A stretch of DNA of 64,000 nucleotides from an uncultured beta proteobacterium (GCA_903908065.1 CAIVQO010000081.1:18954-82953); one strand, 5' to 3'. Counted from the first letter of the stretch, positions 39,483 through 51,326 are shown. Notes: generated from the letters alone by a model not told the origin. A program made the numbers and translations.

Positions 39483-40266
39483 TGTAGTCCTCGGTGGCCT
39501 TCTTGGTCGGCTTGATGAAAATCTGGTCGGTAACGCCGAACTCGACCATTTCACCCAGGTACATGTAGGCGGTGAAGTCCGAAATCCGCGCCGCCTGCTG
39601 CATGTTGTGGGTGACGATCAGGATGGTCACCTTTTCCTTGAGTTCGGTCACCAGTTCCTCGATGCTCGCGGTGGCGATCGGATCGAGCGCCGAGGTCGGC
39701 TCGTCGAAGAGGATGATTTCAGGGTCGGAGGCCAGCGCACGGGCGATGCAAAGCCGCTGCTGCTGGCCGCCGGACAGGTTGGCTCCGAGTTCGTTGAGGC
39801 GGTTGCTGACCTCGTTCCACAAGGCGGCGCCCTTGAGCGCCGCTTCGACGCGATCGTCGAGCTCGTTCTTGTTGCGCATGCCGCGCACGCGCAGGCTGTA
39901 GGCCACGTTCTCGTAGATCGACTTGGGAAACGGGTTTGGCTTCTGGAACACCATGCTGATGCGCATGCGAACCTCGATCGGGTCAACGTCGGGCGACAAC
40001 AGGTTGGTGTTGTCCGGTTGCAGCACGATGCCGCCACCCGCGTATTTGTTGCCCGGATACAGGTCGTGCATGCGATTGAAACAGCGCAGCAGGGTTGATT
40101 TTCCGCAACCGGAGGGGCCGATCAGGGCGGTGACCTTGCGGTCATAGACCGGCATGGTCACCCGCTTGAGGGCATGGAAGCTGCCGTAATAAAAATCGAG
40201 ATCGCGTACGTCCGCCTTCAGCAGGGCGCCTTCGACGCCTGCCTCCAGCCCGGTCTGTATCTGCAT
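39463..40266 (-). CDS. pstB: Phosphate ABC transporter ATP-binding protein
   Basis: ORF 39463..40452 trimmed to ATG 40266 ([10 protein letters not shown]). Motifs [35 protein letters not shown], and a C-terminal [10 protein letters not shown]. Confidence 0.95.
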   Translation of the reverse strand: MQIQTGLEAGVEGALLKADVRDLDFYYGSFHALKRVTMPVYDRKVTALIGPSGCGKSTLLRCFNRMHDLYPGNKYAGGGIVLQPDNTNLLSPDVDPIEVRMRISMVFQKPNPFPKSIYENVAYSLRVRGMRNKNELDDRVEAALKGAALWNEVSNRLNELGANLSGGQQQRLCIARALASDPEIILFDEPTSALDPIATASIEELVTELKEKVTILIVTHNMQQAARISDFTAYMYLGEMVEFGVTDQIFIKPTKKATEDYITGRFG

Positions 40267-40271
40267 GGGGG

Positions 40272-41198
40272 TCACCACTTGATGTTTTTGCGCAGACGAT
40301 AGCGCACGTAAATTGCCAGGCCATTCATGGCCAGGGTCATGAAGACCAGCACAAACCCGGCCGCCGCCGCATTGATGGTGAAGGCGGCTTCCGGGCGCGA
40401 GGTCCAGTTGAACATCTGGATCGGCATCACCGTGAAGGGGGCAAAGATCCACTCGAACAGCCCGGCCGGCGGATCGCCGGCAAACGGCGCGGGCGGAAGG
40501 AAGGCAATGAAAGTCAGTGCGCCAATGGTGATGATGGGCGCGGTCTCGCCAATGGCTCGCGCCATGCCGATGATCACGCCCGTGAGGATGCCGGCGCTTG
40601 AATACGGCAGGATGTGGTCGCTGACCGTCTGCCAGGTGGTGGCGCCGCAGGCGTATGAGCCTTCGTGGATCGATTGCGGGATGGCGCGGATGGCCTCGCG
40701 CGTGGCAACGATGATCACCGGCAGAATCAAGAGCGCCAGCGTCAGGCCGGCAGAGAGGATGCTCTGACCGAAGCCGAAGTAATACACGAACAGTCCCAGC
40801 GCCAGCAAACCATAAACAATGGACGGGATGCCAGCCAGGTTGCTGATGTTGATTTCGATGATATCGGTGATCCAGTTCTTCGGCGCGTACTCTTCAAGGT
40901 AGACGCCAGCCGCCACGCCGAGCGGCACGGCCGCGAGGGCAGTCAGCAACATCACCAGGATGGTGCCAACCCAGGCCGAAAGGATCCCGGCATTGGCCGC
41001 CTTGCGCGACGGGAAGGAGGTGAAGAAGTTGTAGTCGAGGCGCGGCACGCCCTGGATCGCCATGTCGACGAACAGTACGGTAAAGGTCAGCACACCGACC
41101 ATCAGCGAGAGGATGCCGAGCAGGGCAAACAGCATGTCCCAGCGCTTGGCGCGAGTGATGATGGCGCGAATGGTAGCGAGATCGGCGGCTTGGAGCAT
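40272..41198 (-). CDS. pstA: Phosphate ABC transporter permease PstA
   Basis: ORF 40272..41198, in operon position. Permease EAA-type loop [12 protein letters not shown]. Confidence 0.92.
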   Translation of the reverse strand: MLQAADLATIRAIITRAKRWDMLFALLGILSLMVGVLTFTVLFVDMAIQGVPRLDYNFFTSFPSRKAANAGILSAWVGTILVMLLTALAAVPLGVAAGVYLEEYAPKNWITDIIEINISNLAGIPSIVYGLLALGLFVYYFGFGQSILSAGLTLALLILPVIIVATREAIRAIPQSIHEGSYACGATTWQTVSDHILPYSSAGILTGVIIGMARAIGETAPIITIGALTFIAFLPPAPFAGDPPAGLFEWIFAPFTVMPIQMFNWTSRPEAAFTINAAAAGFVLVFMTLAMNGLAIYVRYRLRKNIKW

Positions 41199-41199
41199 A

Positions 41200-42153
41200 T
41201 CAGTACACCTCGCGGAATCGCTTGCGCAGCCAGTAGCCTAGGAGGTTGAAGGCCAATGTCATCAGCAACAGGGTCAGGCCGGCTGCAAAAATGGTCTGGT
41301 AACCGATCGAACCGTGCGGCAGGTCACCCAGCGCCACCTGCACGATGTAGGACGTGATGGTCGCCCCCGGCTCGGTCGGGTTGAAAGTCAGGTTGGGCTG
41401 CATGCCTGCTGCCACGGCAAGGATCATGGTCTCGCCCACCGCACGCGAGATGCCGAGGATGTAGGCAGACGCGATACCGGACGTCGCGGCCGGGGTCACT
41501 ACCCACAGGGCCGTTTGCAAGCGCGTGGCGCCCATCGCGTAGGAGCCCTCGCGCAGCGCCATCGGCACCGCGCGCATCGCATCCTCTGACAGAGAGGCGA
41601 CATAGGGAATGATCATGATCCCCATTACCAGTCCGGCCGACAGCAGGTTGAACCCGGGCAGGTCGGGGTAGATCGATTGCAGGATCGGGGTCAGGAATGT
41701 CAGGGCGAAATACCCATAGACGATGGTCGGCACGCCGCCCAGCAGTTCGAGGAAGGGCTTGGCGATTTCGCGCACCTTGAACCCGGCGAACTCCGAAAGG
41801 TAGAGCGCAATAATGGTGCCGAGAGGAATGGCCACCAGCAGCGCTACCCCGGAGCTGGTGATGGTTCCCGAAAGCAGCACCATGATGCCGTAGTGGGCGT
41901 CGTCGAACAGCGGCGTCCATTGCGTATCGAACAGGAAATCCGACAGTGGAACATGCTCAAAAAAGACCCAGGACTCCTTGACCAGGACCCAGACGATGGC
42001 GACCGTAACGAACACCGAAAACGCGGCGGCACAAAAGAGCAGGAACTCGATAATGCGTTCCTTGACGTGACGCGAAGCCTTCTTGCTCAGGCGATCGCTG
42101 ACTCCCTTGCCAATGGGCAGGGAGCCGGATGGCGCGGACGCGTTTGCACTCAT
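41200..42153 (-). CDS. pstC: Phosphate ABC transporter permease PstC
   Basis: ORF 41200..42153. Motif GISRAVGETMIL, in operon position. Confidence 0.92.
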   Translation of the reverse strand: MSANASAPSGSLPIGKGVSDRLSKKASRHVKERIIEFLLFCAAAFSVFVTVAIVWVLVKESWVFFEHVPLSDFLFDTQWTPLFDDAHYGIMVLLSGTITSSGVALLVAIPLGTIIALYLSEFAGFKVREIAKPFLELLGGVPTIVYGYFALTFLTPILQSIYPDLPGFNLLSAGLVMGIMIIPYVASLSEDAMRAVPMALREGSYAMGATRLQTALWVVTPAATSGIASAYILGISRAVGETMILAVAAGMQPNLTFNPTEPGATITSYIVQVALGDLPHGSIGYQTIFAAGLTLLLMTLAFNLLGYWLRKRFREVY

Positions 42154-42258
42154 TGCGGAGTTCCGGAAACGTTTGCTTGAATCGGTTTCATTGCGAACGA
42201 CGGCATTGCCTCGGCGGGCGCCACCGGCGATCCGGCGGCTGCCCAGCCTAGGAAAAAG

Positions 42259-43245
42259 TTACTCCTTCGGATTGCGCTTCAGCAGATCGGACACCTTGAC
42301 ACCAACTTCAGCCTCGCCGCCGAAGGCGGTACCGGTCTTCTTCTTGCTGAAGTTGTCCATCGCGTGCTTGTAATCGGCATCTGCCAGCGGCACGTACTTG
42401 ACTTCCTTGGCCAGCTTGCCGCCCTGCTTCAGGTAGAACTCGACGAACTCCCTGACCTCCGGCTTATCCATCGACCTGGCGCTGACATAGATGAAGATCG
42501 GGCGCGCCAGCGGCTCGTACTCGCCCGCCATCACGGCTTCGATCGACGGCGTCACCGCCTTGCCCTTGGGATTTACGATGGGCACGGCTTTCAGCTTGCC
42601 CTTGTTTTCGTCGTAATAGGCGAAGCCGAAGAAGCCCAGCGCATTGTTGTCGCGCGACACGCCTTGCACCAGCACGTTGTCGTCTTCCGATGCAGTGAAA
42701 TCGCCACGGCTGGACTTGGACTTGCCATTCACGGCTTCGGTGAAATAGTCGAAGGTGCCCGAATCGGCGCCGGGCCCGAACAGCTTCAAGGGCGCATCGG
42801 GCCAGGCGGGGTTGACCTGGTTCCACCGGGTAATTTTGCCCTGTGCTCCCGGCTCCCACATCTTCTTGAGTTCGGCAGTCGTCAATTGGCTGATAAAGTT
42901 GTTCTTCGGATTGACCACCACGGTCAGCGCATCGAAGGCGATCGGTAGCTCAACGTACTTGATGCCGGCTTTGGCGCAGTCGTCCATTTCCTTCTTCAGG
43001 ATCGGACGCGAGGCGTCGGAGATGTCGGTCTCACCGCGGCAGAACTTCTTGAAGCCGCCGCCCGTGCCGGAAATGCCCACGGTCACCTTGACCGCGTTCT
43101 TCTTCATTTTCTGGAATTCCTCGGCAACGGCCTCGGTCACGGGATACACGGTCGAGGACCCGTCGATCTTAACCAGGGCTTGGGAAAAGGCAGAAGCGGA
43201 CAGGAAAACGCCGGCGACGGCAGCTGCGATTTGCAGTGATTTCAT
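42259..43245 (-). CDS. pstS: Phosphate ABC transporter substrate-binding protein, PstS family
   Basis: ORF 42259..43296 trimmed to ATG 43245 ([21 protein letters not shown], signal peptide). Motifs DGSSTVYP and [12 protein letters not shown]. Confidence 0.9.
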   Translation of the reverse strand: MKSLQIAAAVAGVFLSASAFSQALVKIDGSSTVYPVTEAVAEEFQKMKKNAVKVTVGISGTGGGFKKFCRGETDISDASRPILKKEMDDCAKAGIKYVELPIAFDALTVVVNPKNNFISQLTTAELKKMWEPGAQGKITRWNQVNPAWPDAPLKLFGPGADSGTFDYFTEAVNGKSKSSRGDFTASEDDNVLVQGVSRDNNALGFFGFAYYDENKGKLKAVPIVNPKGKAVTPSIEAVMAGEYEPLARPIFIYVSARSMDKPEVREFVEFYLKQGGKLAKEVKYVPLADADYKHAMDNFSKKKTGTAFGGEAEVGVKVSDLLKRNPKE

Positions 43246-43279
43246 TGGAACTCCTTTTTGCGTTGCAATAAACCCAGCC

Positions 43280-43306
43280 GGCAGTCTAGGCAGCAATTGT
43301 TACAGT
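43280..43306 (-). promoter_or_regulatory. Candidate Pho box (tandem CTGTAAC-like repeats) in the pstS/olsA divergent region
   Basis: The minus strand reads aCTGTAACaattgCTGCCTAgaCTGCCGG, with repeats at about 10-12 bp periodicity resembling the PhoB half-site CTGTCAT. A further CTGTTAC lies at 43367-43373. Confidence 0.3.
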
Positions 43307-43393
43307 CCCGTGAAACTTGGTCGCCCCGAGACGGCTGCCTGCAAATTCCTTGGATTCATCGGCCGGTAACAGTCGTCCACTAGCCTTTCGCCG

Positions 43394-44197
43394 ATGCGCA
43401 GCCTGCTCCACCTGTCGATGTATTTCCGCCTCGCCCTGATTGGCCTGCACCTGCTGTGGGGTGCGACCCAGGTGGGAATCTGTTTCCCGTTTCTCGCGTC
43501 TGCCGTTCGCGACCGGCTCAAGCGCTACTGGTCACGGCAATTGCTCGCCCTGCTCGGAATCTCGCTGGAGGCAGAACACGCAGCCCTCGATCGAATCGGC
43601 AGGGGGCTGGTGGTCGCCAACCATGTTTCTTTCGTCGACATTTTCGCCATCAATGCAGCCTTGCCTTCGGGCTTCGTGGCCAAGGACGATGTCGCCACCT
43701 GGCCCCTGATTGGTTGGCTGGCGCGGCGCAACGGTACGGTATTCATTACGCGTGGCAAGCGCAGATCGGCGCAGCGGACGCAGCAGGAAATCAGCGCCTC
43801 GCTGTCCATCGGGCGACGGCTGACAATTTTTCCCGAAGGTACGACCAGCGCCGGGGACCGGGTGCTGCCCTTCCATGGTGCCCTGTTCCAGGCCGCCATC
43901 GACGCCGGGGCACCGATCCATGCGCTTGCCATCGAGTACCTCGATCATTTCGGCAACGTTTCGGCGGCAGCCGCCTATATCGACGATGTAAGCCTCCTCG
44001 ATTGCCTGCGCCAGATCCTCGGCAGCCAGGGGCTGAGAGTGCGGCTGAGGCTGGCGGCAAGCTTTGCACCGCCCCATGCCGACCGACGCCATGTCGCCCA
44101 TGCCGCCCACCAGGCGGTTGCCGGCACCCTGCGTCAACGGCCGGTGGCCTCACCCTCCCTGCAACCTGTTCGTAATGCGGCGGCAATCAGCCCGTAA
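43394..44197 (+). CDS. olsA: Lysophospholipid (PlsC-family) acyltransferase, OlsA-like
   Basis: ORF 43394..44197. Motifs NHVSFVD (HX4D) and FPEGTTS. Paired with an OlsB-like gene. Confidence 0.8.
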   Translation: MRSLLHLSMYFRLALIGLHLLWGATQVGICFPFLASAVRDRLKRYWSRQLLALLGISLEAEHAALDRIGRGLVVANHVSFVDIFAINAALPSGFVAKDDVATWPLIGWLARRNGTVFITRGKRRSAQRTQQEISASLSIGRRLTIFPEGTTSAGDRVLPFHGALFQAAIDAGAPIHALAIEYLDHFGNVSAAAAYIDDVSLLDCLRQILGSQGLRVRLRLAASFAPPHADRRHVAHAAHQAVAGTLRQRPVASPSLQPVRNAAAISP

Positions 44198-44248
44198 CGC
44201 CCGGCCGCAACAATGCTGGCGAACCCAAGAGAGAAAAAGGAGAACGCC

Positions 44249-45076
44249 ATGCACAGCAACCACCTGAACACCCGCGAAGCACTAGCTCCGGCGCTGGCGC
44301 CGCGCCACAGTTACCGCGTTTCGCTCGCCCACTGCGAGGAAGAGGTTCTTGAAGCCCAGCGCCTGCGATACAAGGTCTTCGTCGAGGAACTTGGCGCCCA
44401 TATTCAGACGCGCCTGGCCAACCATGACATCGATCACTACGACCGCTTCTGCGACCACTTGATCGTGCGCGAAAGCGAATCCGGGCGCATCGTCGGCACC
44501 TATCGCATCCTGTCGCCTGCAGCCGCCCGTCGCGTCGGCAACTACTACTCGGAAAACGAATTCCACATCAACCGCCTGCAACACCTGCGTCCGCGCATGG
44601 TGGAAGTCGGCCGCTCCTGCATCCATCCCGACCACCGCAGCGGTGCCGTGATCACGCTGCTGTGGGCGGGCCTGGCCGACTACATGGTCAGCAACAACTA
44701 TGACAGCCTGATTGGCTGTGCATCAATCGGCATGGGCGACGGCGGCCACAACGCCGCCAACCTGTTCCTCCAGTTCGGCCGGGAGCACATGGCGCCCGCC
44801 GAGTACCACGTGTTTCCCCAGCACCGGCTTCCTTTCGAGCGCCTGGCCAACACCCAACCTGTCCTGGTGCCGCCTCTGATCAAAGGCTATCTGCGCGTCG
44901 GTGCCTGGATCTGCGGCGAACCGGCCTGGGACCCGGATTTCAATACCGCCGACCTGCTGTTGCTGCTGCCGATGTCGCGCATGAACAAGCGCTATATGCG
45001 CCATTTCATGAAGGGTTTGGACGCAAGCGTGGCAGCCGGGGAAATACCCTCAGGAGCCATCCTTGCGCGGCAGTAA
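44249..45076 (+). CDS. olsB: GNAT-fold N-acyltransferase, ornithine-lipid OlsB-like
   Basis: ORF 44213..45076. I prefer ATG 44249 because of AAGGAGA 7 nt upstream. Motifs EAQRLRYKVFVEELGA, GRIVGTYRIL and VEVGRSCIHPDHR. Confidence 0.75.
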   Translation: MHSNHLNTREALAPALAPRHSYRVSLAHCEEEVLEAQRLRYKVFVEELGAHIQTRLANHDIDHYDRFCDHLIVRESESGRIVGTYRILSPAAARRVGNYYSENEFHINRLQHLRPRMVEVGRSCIHPDHRSGAVITLLWAGLADYMVSNNYDSLIGCASIGMGDGGHNAANLFLQFGREHMAPAEYHVFPQHRLPFERLANTQPVLVPPLIKGYLRVGAWICGEPAWDPDFNTADLLLLLPMSRMNKRYMRHFMKGLDASVAAGEIPSGAILARQ

Positions 45077-45139
45077 GGCCCATACGTCCTCGACAGCAGG
45101 TAGAGCGTCAACGTGGGGCGAACAGCCCACGCGCGCCGG

Positions 45140-46495
45140 TCAGGGCTCGAAGGCCTTTCTTACAGCTTGGGCGATGGCTTCCGCCTGGGCACTGACCAGC
45201 GACGCTTCTCGCCCTTCCACCATCACCCGCAACAGCGGCTCGGTGCCCGACGGTCGCAGCAGGGTACGCCCGCTGCCATCCAGCACCGCCTCGGCCGCCG
45301 TCACCGCCGCCTGAATTGACGCATCGGCCTTCCAGTCGAAACCGGCGGGCATGCGCACATTGATCAGGCGCTGCGGATACAGTTCGAGATCGGCACAGGC
45401 CTGGGCCAGGGTTTCGTTCGCCGACTGCAATGCGGCCAGCACCTGCAAGGCCGCAATGATGCCGTCGCCGGTGGAATGCCGATCGAGGCAGATGATGTGT
45501 CCAGAATTCTCGCCGCCGAATTGCCAGCCCTTGTCCTGCATCATCTCCAGCACATAGCGATCGCCGACCTTGGCCCGGCCCAGCGCAATGCCCAGCCGGC
45601 CCAATGCGTGCTCGAACCCCAGATTGCTCATCAGGGTGCCCACCACGCCGGGCAGGGCTTGCACGCGTGCACGCTGGCGGGCGATGACGTAGAGCAGTTG
45701 GTCGCCGTCGTAGCTGCGTCCTGCCGCATCAACCATTACAAGGCGGTCGCCATCGCCATCGAGCGCGATGCCGCAATCGGCGCGCGTCTCGATCACCTTG
45801 CGCCGCAACGCCTCGGGGGCGGTGGCGCCGACTTCCTGATTGATGTTGAGTCCGTTCGGCGTATCGCCAACGCCGACTATTTCCGCGCCAAGTTCGTGGA
45901 AGACGTTCGGCGCAACGTGATAGGCCGCGCCGTGGGCACTATCCACCACGATTTTCAGGCCGCGCAGGTCCAGGTCATTGGGGAAGGTGCTTTTGCAGAA
46001 TTCGATGTAACGCCCGGCGGCGTCGTCGATCCGGCGCGCCTTGCCGAGCTTGGCCGACTCCATGCAGACCATGGGCTGATCGAGCCGTGCCTCGATTTCG
46101 AGCTCCACGGCATCCGGCAGCTTGGTGCCCTGGGCGGAAAAGAATTTGATCCCGTTGTCGTCGAACGGATTATGCGAAGCCGATATGACGACGCCGGCCT
46201 GCAGGCGCAGCGCGCGCGTGAGGTAGGCCACCGCCGGTGTCGGCATCGGGCCGCACAGCATGACGTCGACCCCGGCGGCGGCAAAGCCCGCCTCCAGCGA
46301 AGCCTCCAGCATATAGCCCGAAATTCGTGTGTCCTTGCCGATCAGAACCGCCGGCCGCTCGCCCGCCGGCATCTTGTCGCGCGCCACCAGCGTGGCGCCG
46401 GCCGCATAGCCCAGGCGCATGATGAAATCGGGGGTGATCGGCGCGACGCCGACCCGGCCGCGCACACCATCGGTGCCAAAATACTTGCGAGACAT
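45140..46495 (-). CDS. glmM: Phosphoglucosamine mutase
   Basis: ORF 45140..46495. Motifs [34 protein letters not shown] and GENSGH. Confidence 0.97.
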   Translation of the reverse strand: MSRKYFGTDGVRGRVGVAPITPDFIMRLGYAAGATLVARDKMPAGERPAVLIGKDTRISGYMLEASLEAGFAAAGVDVMLCGPMPTPAVAYLTRALRLQAGVVISASHNPFDDNGIKFFSAQGTKLPDAVELEIEARLDQPMVCMESAKLGKARRIDDAAGRYIEFCKSTFPNDLDLRGLKIVVDSAHGAAYHVAPNVFHELGAEIVGVGDTPNGLNINQEVGATAPEALRRKVIETRADCGIALDGDGDRLVMVDAAGRSYDGDQLLYVIARQRARVQALPGVVGTLMSNLGFEHALGRLGIALGRAKVGDRYVLEMMQDKGWQFGGENSGHIICLDRHSTGDGIIAALQVLAALQSANETLAQACADLELYPQRLINVRMPAGFDWKADASIQAAVTAAEAVLDGSGRTLLRPSGTEPLLRVMVEGREASLVSAQAEAIAQAVRKAFEP

Positions 46496-47325
46496 CAGAA
46501 CTCCTCCACAGCTTGCACTACGGCCAGCGCATCGCGCGTCGCCGCCACGTCATGCACACGCAGGATGCGCGCGCCGCGCAATACTGCCAGCATATGCGCG
46601 GCAATGCCAGCGGGTAAGCGCTCCGGCGCGGCCCGCCCGGTAATCAGGCCGAGCATGGACTTGCGCGACATGCCCACCAGCAAGGGCAGGCCGGGCACGA
46701 CCAGTTCGTCAAGGCGGCGCAAGAGTTCGAGGTTGTGTTCCAGGCTCTTGCCGAAGCCAAATCCGGGGTCGACCGCGATGCGGTCCAAGGCAATGCCGGC
46801 GGCCTCCGCCGCCGCCACCCGTTCGCCGAGAAACGTGGCGACCTCGGCAACGACATCGCCGTAGCGCGGATCGCTCTGCATGGTCGCGGGCTCGCCCTGC
46901 ATGTGCATCAGGCATACCCCGGCCCGTGTCGCCGCCACGGCATCGAGGGCCCCCGGCGCGCGCAGTGCATTGATGTCGTTGATCATGTCCGCCCCGGCAG
47001 CCAGCACGGCACGCATCACCTCAGGCTTTACGGTGTCGACGGATACCGGCACGCCACAATCGCGCAGAGCATCTACGACCGGCAGCAGCCGCTCGGCTTC
47101 GTCGCGGGCCGTAACGGGATGGGCGCCCGGACGCGAAGACTCGGCGCCGATGTCGACGATGTGAGCGCCTTCATCGATCAGCCGATGGGCCTGTGCGATC
47201 GCCGTGGCGGCATCGCCGTGCAGGCCATCGCCGGAAAAGGAATCGTCGGAGAGATTGACGATGCCCATGATCAGCGGACGCGCCGCATTCAGCACATGGC
47301 GGCCGCAATGAAAGTTCTGGTCCAT
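46495..47325 (-). CDS. folP: Dihydropteroate synthase
   Basis: ORF 46495..47343 (TTG). ATG 47325 gives E. coli-like spacing to [16 protein letters not shown]. Motifs [10 protein letters not shown] and DPGFGFGK. Confidence 0.93.
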   Translation of the reverse strand: MDQNFHCGRHVLNAARPLIMGIVNLSDDSFSGDGLHGDAATAIAQAHRLIDEGAHIVDIGAESSRPGAHPVTARDEAERLLPVVDALRDCGVPVSVDTVKPEVMRAVLAAGADMINDINALRAPGALDAVAATRAGVCLMHMQGEPATMQSDPRYGDVVAEVATFLGERVAAAEAAGIALDRIAVDPGFGFGKSLEHNLELLRRLDELVVPGLPLLVGMSRKSMLGLITGRAAPERLPAGIAAHMLAVLRGARILRVHDVAATRDALAVVQAVEEF

Positions 47326-47384
47326 AAAAAAATCAGCCGCCAAAACCTTGCTGTCTTGGCGGCCGCGACTGGGTCGATTCGAGG

Positions 47385-49265
47385 TCAGGCGGGAGCGGGC
47401 GCGGTCGGCTCCGGACCGGGTGCATTGTCACCCCGCGATGTGGGCGACGAACCGGAGGCCTTGGGCGGGCGCGGTGGCAGCCCGGCCATGATGTCGTTGA
47501 TCTGGTCGGCGTCGATGGTTTCCATTTCCAGCAGCGCGGCGGTCATGGCCTCAACCTTGTCGCGATTCTCTTCCAGCAGGCGACGCGCCAGCGCGTATTG
47601 CTCGTCGAGGATGCGACGGATCTCGCCATCGACCTTCTGCATCGTAGCTTCGGAAACGTTCTTGTGCGTCGTCACCGAACGGCCGAGGAAGATTTCGCCC
47701 TCCTCCTCGCCATAGACCATCGGCCCCATGGAGTCGGACATGCCCCACTGCGTCACCATCCGCCGCGCCAGGTCGGTGGCACGCTGGAAGTCGTTCGAGG
47801 CGCCCGTCGTCATCTGCTTCATGAACAGTTCCTCGGCAATACGGCCGCCGAACAGCACGGTGATGGTATTCAACAGGCGATCGCGATCCTGGCTATAGCG
47901 ATCCTCAGTTGGCAATTGCATGGTCAGGCCCAGGGCGCGGCCGCGCGGAATGATGGTGACCTTGTGCACCGGATCGGTCTTCGGTAGCAGCTTGGCCACC
48001 ACCGCGTGGCCGGACTCGTGGTAAGCCGTGTTCTTGCGTTCTTCCTCAGGCATGACCATAGAACGGCGCTCGGCGCCCATCATGATCTTGTCCTTGGCGC
48101 GCTCGAAGTCTTCCATATCCACCAGGCGCTTGTTGCCGCGCGCGGCGAACAGCGCGGCCTCATTGACCAGGTTGGCCAGGTCGGCGCCAGAAAAGCCGGG
48201 GCAACCGCGCGCCAGAATCGAGGCGTCGATGTCCGGTGCCACCGGCACCTTGCGCATATGCACCTTGAGGATCTGCTCGCGGCCGCGAATGTCGGGCAAC
48301 GGCACCACCACCTGGCGGTCGAAGCGGCCGGGGCGCAGCAGCGCCGGATCGAGCACGTCGGGGCGGTTGGTGGCAGCGATCACGATGACACCGGCCGAGC
48401 CCTCGAACCCGTCCATCTCGACCAGCATCTGGTTCAGCGTCTGTTCGCGCTCGTCGTTGCCGCCGCCGAGGCCGGCACCGCGCTGGCGGCCGACGGCGTC
48501 GAGTTCGTCGATAAAGATGATGCAGGGTGCGGCCTTCTTGGCCTGGTCGAACATGTCGCGCACGCGCGCGGCACCGACGCCGACGAACATCTCGACGAAA
48601 TCGGAGCCGGAAATCGAGAAGAAGGGCACTTTGGCCTCGCCGGCAATCGCCTTGGCCAGCAGCGTCTTGCCGGTGCCGGGCGAGCCGACCAGCAGCACGC
48701 CGCGCGGGATGCGGCCGCCGAGCTTCTGGAACTTGGACGGGTCGCGCAGGAAGTCCACCATCTCGGTGACTTCCTCCTTGGCCTCGTCGCAACCGGCGAC
48801 GTCGGCGAAGGTGATGTTGTTCGACGACTCATCCATCATGCGCGCGCGGCTCTTGCCGAAGGAAAAGGCGCCGCCCTTGCCGCCACCCTGCATCTGGCGC
48901 ATGAAGAAGATCCAGACACCGATCAGGAGCAGCATCGGGAACCAGGAGACAAAGATGCTGGTGAGGAAGGACTGCTCCTCCTCGGGCTTAGCGATCACCT
49001 TGACGTTGTTCTTCAGCAGGTCGGAGACCATCCACAGGTCCGGCGGCGCGTACGTGGTGATGCGCTTGCCGTCGGTGGTGGTAGCTTCGAGCGTGCGACC
49101 CTGGATCACCACCTTGGTGATACGTCCCTGCTTCACCTCTTCGAGGAACTGGGAGTATTCCAGCGAGCCCAGAGTGGCCTGGCGCGTGTTGAACTGGTTG
49201 AAAACGGTCATCAGGACGATGCCGATCACCAGCCAGATCGCCATATTTTTGAACATGTTATTCAA
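47385..49265 (-). CDS. ftsH: ATP-dependent zinc metalloprotease FtsH
   Basis: ORF 47385..49265 (TTG start with GAGAGG 7 nt upstream; ATG 49256 is the alternative). Motifs GPPGTGKT-type [24 protein letters not shown] and HESGHA. Confidence 0.97.
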   Translation of the reverse strand: MNNMFKNMAIWLVIGIVLMTVFNQFNTRQATLGSLEYSQFLEEVKQGRITKVVIQGRTLEATTTDGKRITTYAPPDLWMVSDLLKNNVKVIAKPEEEQSFLTSIFVSWFPMLLLIGVWIFFMRQMQGGGKGGAFSFGKSRARMMDESSNNITFADVAGCDEAKEEVTEMVDFLRDPSKFQKLGGRIPRGVLLVGSPGTGKTLLAKAIAGEAKVPFFSISGSDFVEMFVGVGAARVRDMFDQAKKAAPCIIFIDELDAVGRQRGAGLGGGNDEREQTLNQMLVEMDGFEGSAGVIVIAATNRPDVLDPALLRPGRFDRQVVVPLPDIRGREQILKVHMRKVPVAPDIDASILARGCPGFSGADLANLVNEAALFAARGNKRLVDMEDFERAKDKIMMGAERRSMVMPEEERKNTAYHESGHAVVAKLLPKTDPVHKVTIIPRGRALGLTMQLPTEDRYSQDRDRLLNTITVLFGGRIAEELFMKQMTTGASNDFQRATDLARRMVTQWGMSDSMGPMVYGEEEGEIFLGRSVTTHKNVSEATMQKVDGEIRRILDEQYALARRLLEENRDKVEAMTAALLEMETIDADQINDIMAGLPPRPPKASGSSPTSRGDNAPGPEPTAPAPA

Positions 49266-49354
49266 AGCGGAGCCTCTCTTTCCCTGGGTCGGGAGTCAAC
49301 ATCAAAACATTGTAGTGCCGTTCGCCACACCCTGCAAACCGGGCATTCCTCGGC

Positions 49355-49996
49355 TCACGGGCGTTTAGCCTGCGCCAGCAGATAAATCTCGGCGCTGCGG
49401 TCGCGCGATGCAGCGGGTTTCCTCAGTTGCAACTTGCCGAACATTTCCTGCATTGCCTTGCGCAATTCCATGAATCCTTCGCCCTGAAATACCTTGACCA
49501 GCAATCCGCCGCCGGGTTTCAGGTGCTCGCGACAAAAATCCAGCGTCAGCTCTGCCAGCAGCATCACCCGCGCCTGATCGACGGAGGCGATACCCGACAT
49601 ATTGGGGGCCATGTCCGACAAAACAAGGTCGACCTGGCGCCCGTCGAGGGCTTCGACCAGTTGCTGCAAGACGAGATCCTCGCGAAAGTCGCCCTGGATG
49701 AAATGCACGCCGTGGAGCGCCTCCATGGGCAGGATATCGAGTGCAATCACCTTTCCGCCCGGGGCAACCCGCCGTGCCGCAACCTGCGACCAACTGCCGG
49801 GGGCGGAGCCGAGATCCACCACGGTCATTCCCTGGCGCAGCAAGTGATCCTGGTCGTCGATCTCGGACAGCTTGAAGGCCGCGCGTGAGCGCAAACCGCC
49901 CGCCTTCGCCCGCTGAACGTAGGAATCGTTGATGTGTTCGTGGATCCACGCCTTGTTGGTCTTGTTCTTCTTGTTGCTCGCGACCTTGCCGCTCAC
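49355..49996 (-). CDS. rlmE: 23S rRNA (uridine2552-2'-O)-methyltransferase RlmE/FtsJ
   Basis: ORF 49355..50059 trimmed to GTG 49996 ([43 protein letters not shown]), which parallels the E. coli RlmE N-terminus. Motifs [13 protein letters not shown] and VLSDMAPN. Confidence 0.9.
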   Translation of the reverse strand: MSGKVASNKKNKTNKAWIHEHINDSYVQRAKAGGLRSRAAFKLSEIDDQDHLLRQGMTVVDLGSAPGSWSQVAARRVAPGGKVIALDILPMEALHGVHFIQGDFREDLVLQQLVEALDGRQVDLVLSDMAPNMSGIASVDQARVMLLAELTLDFCREHLKPGGGLLVKVFQGEGFMELRKAMQEMFGKLQLRKPAASRDRSAEIYLLAQAKRP

Positions 49997-50010
49997 GCTA
50001 GAATCCCGCC

Positions 50011-50391
50011 ATGATTGAAATTTCCCCCGTCGAGCGCCGTGCCCTGCGCGCTGCCGCACACCATCTCAAGCCCGTCGTTTCGATCAGCCAGAAAGGGCTT
50101 ACCGCGACCGTGTTGGCCGAGATCGATCGTTCGCTCAAGGCCCATGAACTGATCAAGCTGCGACTTTACGGCATCGAGCGCGAGGACCGTGAGGCCCTGA
50201 GCAGCGAAATCTGCACCACACTCGGCTGCGTCGATGTTCAGCATATCGGCAACCTGCTGGTGCTCTGGCGCCCTGCCCCAGAACCGGTAGCCGGCCAGGA
50301 GTCGGCGCCAGCCCGACGGCGGTCGACAGCCAAACCGGCCAACAAGAAACAGGCTGCCGCGCGCAACGAAGCCCGTAACCGCAAGGCCTGA
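50011..50391 (+). CDS. yhbY: YhbY-family (CRS1/CRM domain) RNA-binding protein with basic C-terminal tail
   Basis: ORF 50011..50391. Motifs [20 protein letters not shown] and ELIKLRL. Divergent from rlmE, as in E. coli. Confidence 0.9.
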   Translation: MIEISPVERRALRAAAHHLKPVVSISQKGLTATVLAEIDRSLKAHELIKLRLYGIEREDREALSSEICTTLGCVDVQHIGNLLVLWRPAPEPVAGQESAPARRRSTAKPANKKQAAARNEARNRKA

Positions 50392-50392
50392 T

Positions 50393-50854
50393 TCAACGAC
50401 CCCTGCCGCGTTCCTGCCGCACCACGAGGGCGACGCCAAGCAAGGATTGAAGCAGGTAGAGCACGCTCGAAACGCCGTGCCAGGTGGCGAAACGATCGCG
50501 CAAGGCCGATTCCATGACCTGTCTTGGCAGTGCATCGGCCTTGAGCTGGGCCAGGACAGGCTGGATGCCGAAATGGCCGGCCAGCGTAAGCAGCAGCATG
50601 GTCAGGACGATCCAGAACACGCCGACCTTGATCGCGCGCCAGCCCTTGGTCGCCAGCAAATACATCAGCAGGTAGGCGCCGCAGGCCATGCCGACCCAGG
50701 CCACTGCAGTAAACATGGCGCCAGCGAGATTTCCCGCCAGGGTGCGGTCCGACAATTGGGCGAACAGGATGGGAGCCGCCAGGTAGCCGATGGCGAGCAT
50801 GCCGCCGACCCATGCCGTGATGCTCAGGCTGTAGAGCGCGCCCCAGAAGCGCAT
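50393..50854 (-). CDS. DUF4149-like integral membrane protein
   Basis: ORF 50393..50854. Four predicted helices. The start overlaps the greA stop. Confidence 0.8.
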   Translation of the reverse strand: MRFWGALYSLSITAWVGGMLAIGYLAAPILFAQLSDRTLAGNLAGAMFTAVAWVGMACGAYLLMYLLATKGWRAIKVGVFWIVLTMLLLTLAGHFGIQPVLAQLKADALPRQVMESALRDRFATWHGVSSVLYLLQSLLGVALVVRQERGRGR

Positions 50855-51326
50855 CAGACGTACTTGACGTCGAGAATCTCGTATTCGCGCTTGCCGCCGG
50901 GCGTCTGGACTTCAGCGACGTCGCCGGCGAATTTGCCGATCAGGGCGCGAGCCACCGGCGAATTGAGCGATATCTTGGAAGCCTTGATGTCAGCCTCGTC
51001 ATCGCCGACGATCTGGTAGCTGACAGTGTCGCCACTGTCCATGTCTTCCAGTTCCACCGTGGCACCGAACACCACCCGACCGTCGGCGTCGAGCGAGGCG
51101 GGGTCGATGATCTGCGCATTGCCGAGCTTGCCCTCGATTTCCTTGATGCGGCCTTCGAGGAAGCCCTGACGCTCCTTGGCGGCGTCGTATTCGGCGTTTT
51201 CCGACAGGTCGCCATGCGACCGGGCCTCGGCGATGGCGGCAATCACGGCCGGTCGATCGACGCTCTTCAGGCGCTGCAGTTCCTGGCGCAGCAGGTCGGC
51301 GCCACGCACCGTGATCGGAAACTTGC

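Noticed and set aside
45112-45131. Hairpin CGTGGG-N8-CCCACG between the convergent olsB-like gene and glmM, as a bidirectional terminator. Similar short GC hairpins occur at 9124..9139 and 6749..6787.
   Set aside because: The stems are only 6 bp and no T/U tract follows on either strand. This is not enough to call intrinsic terminators.
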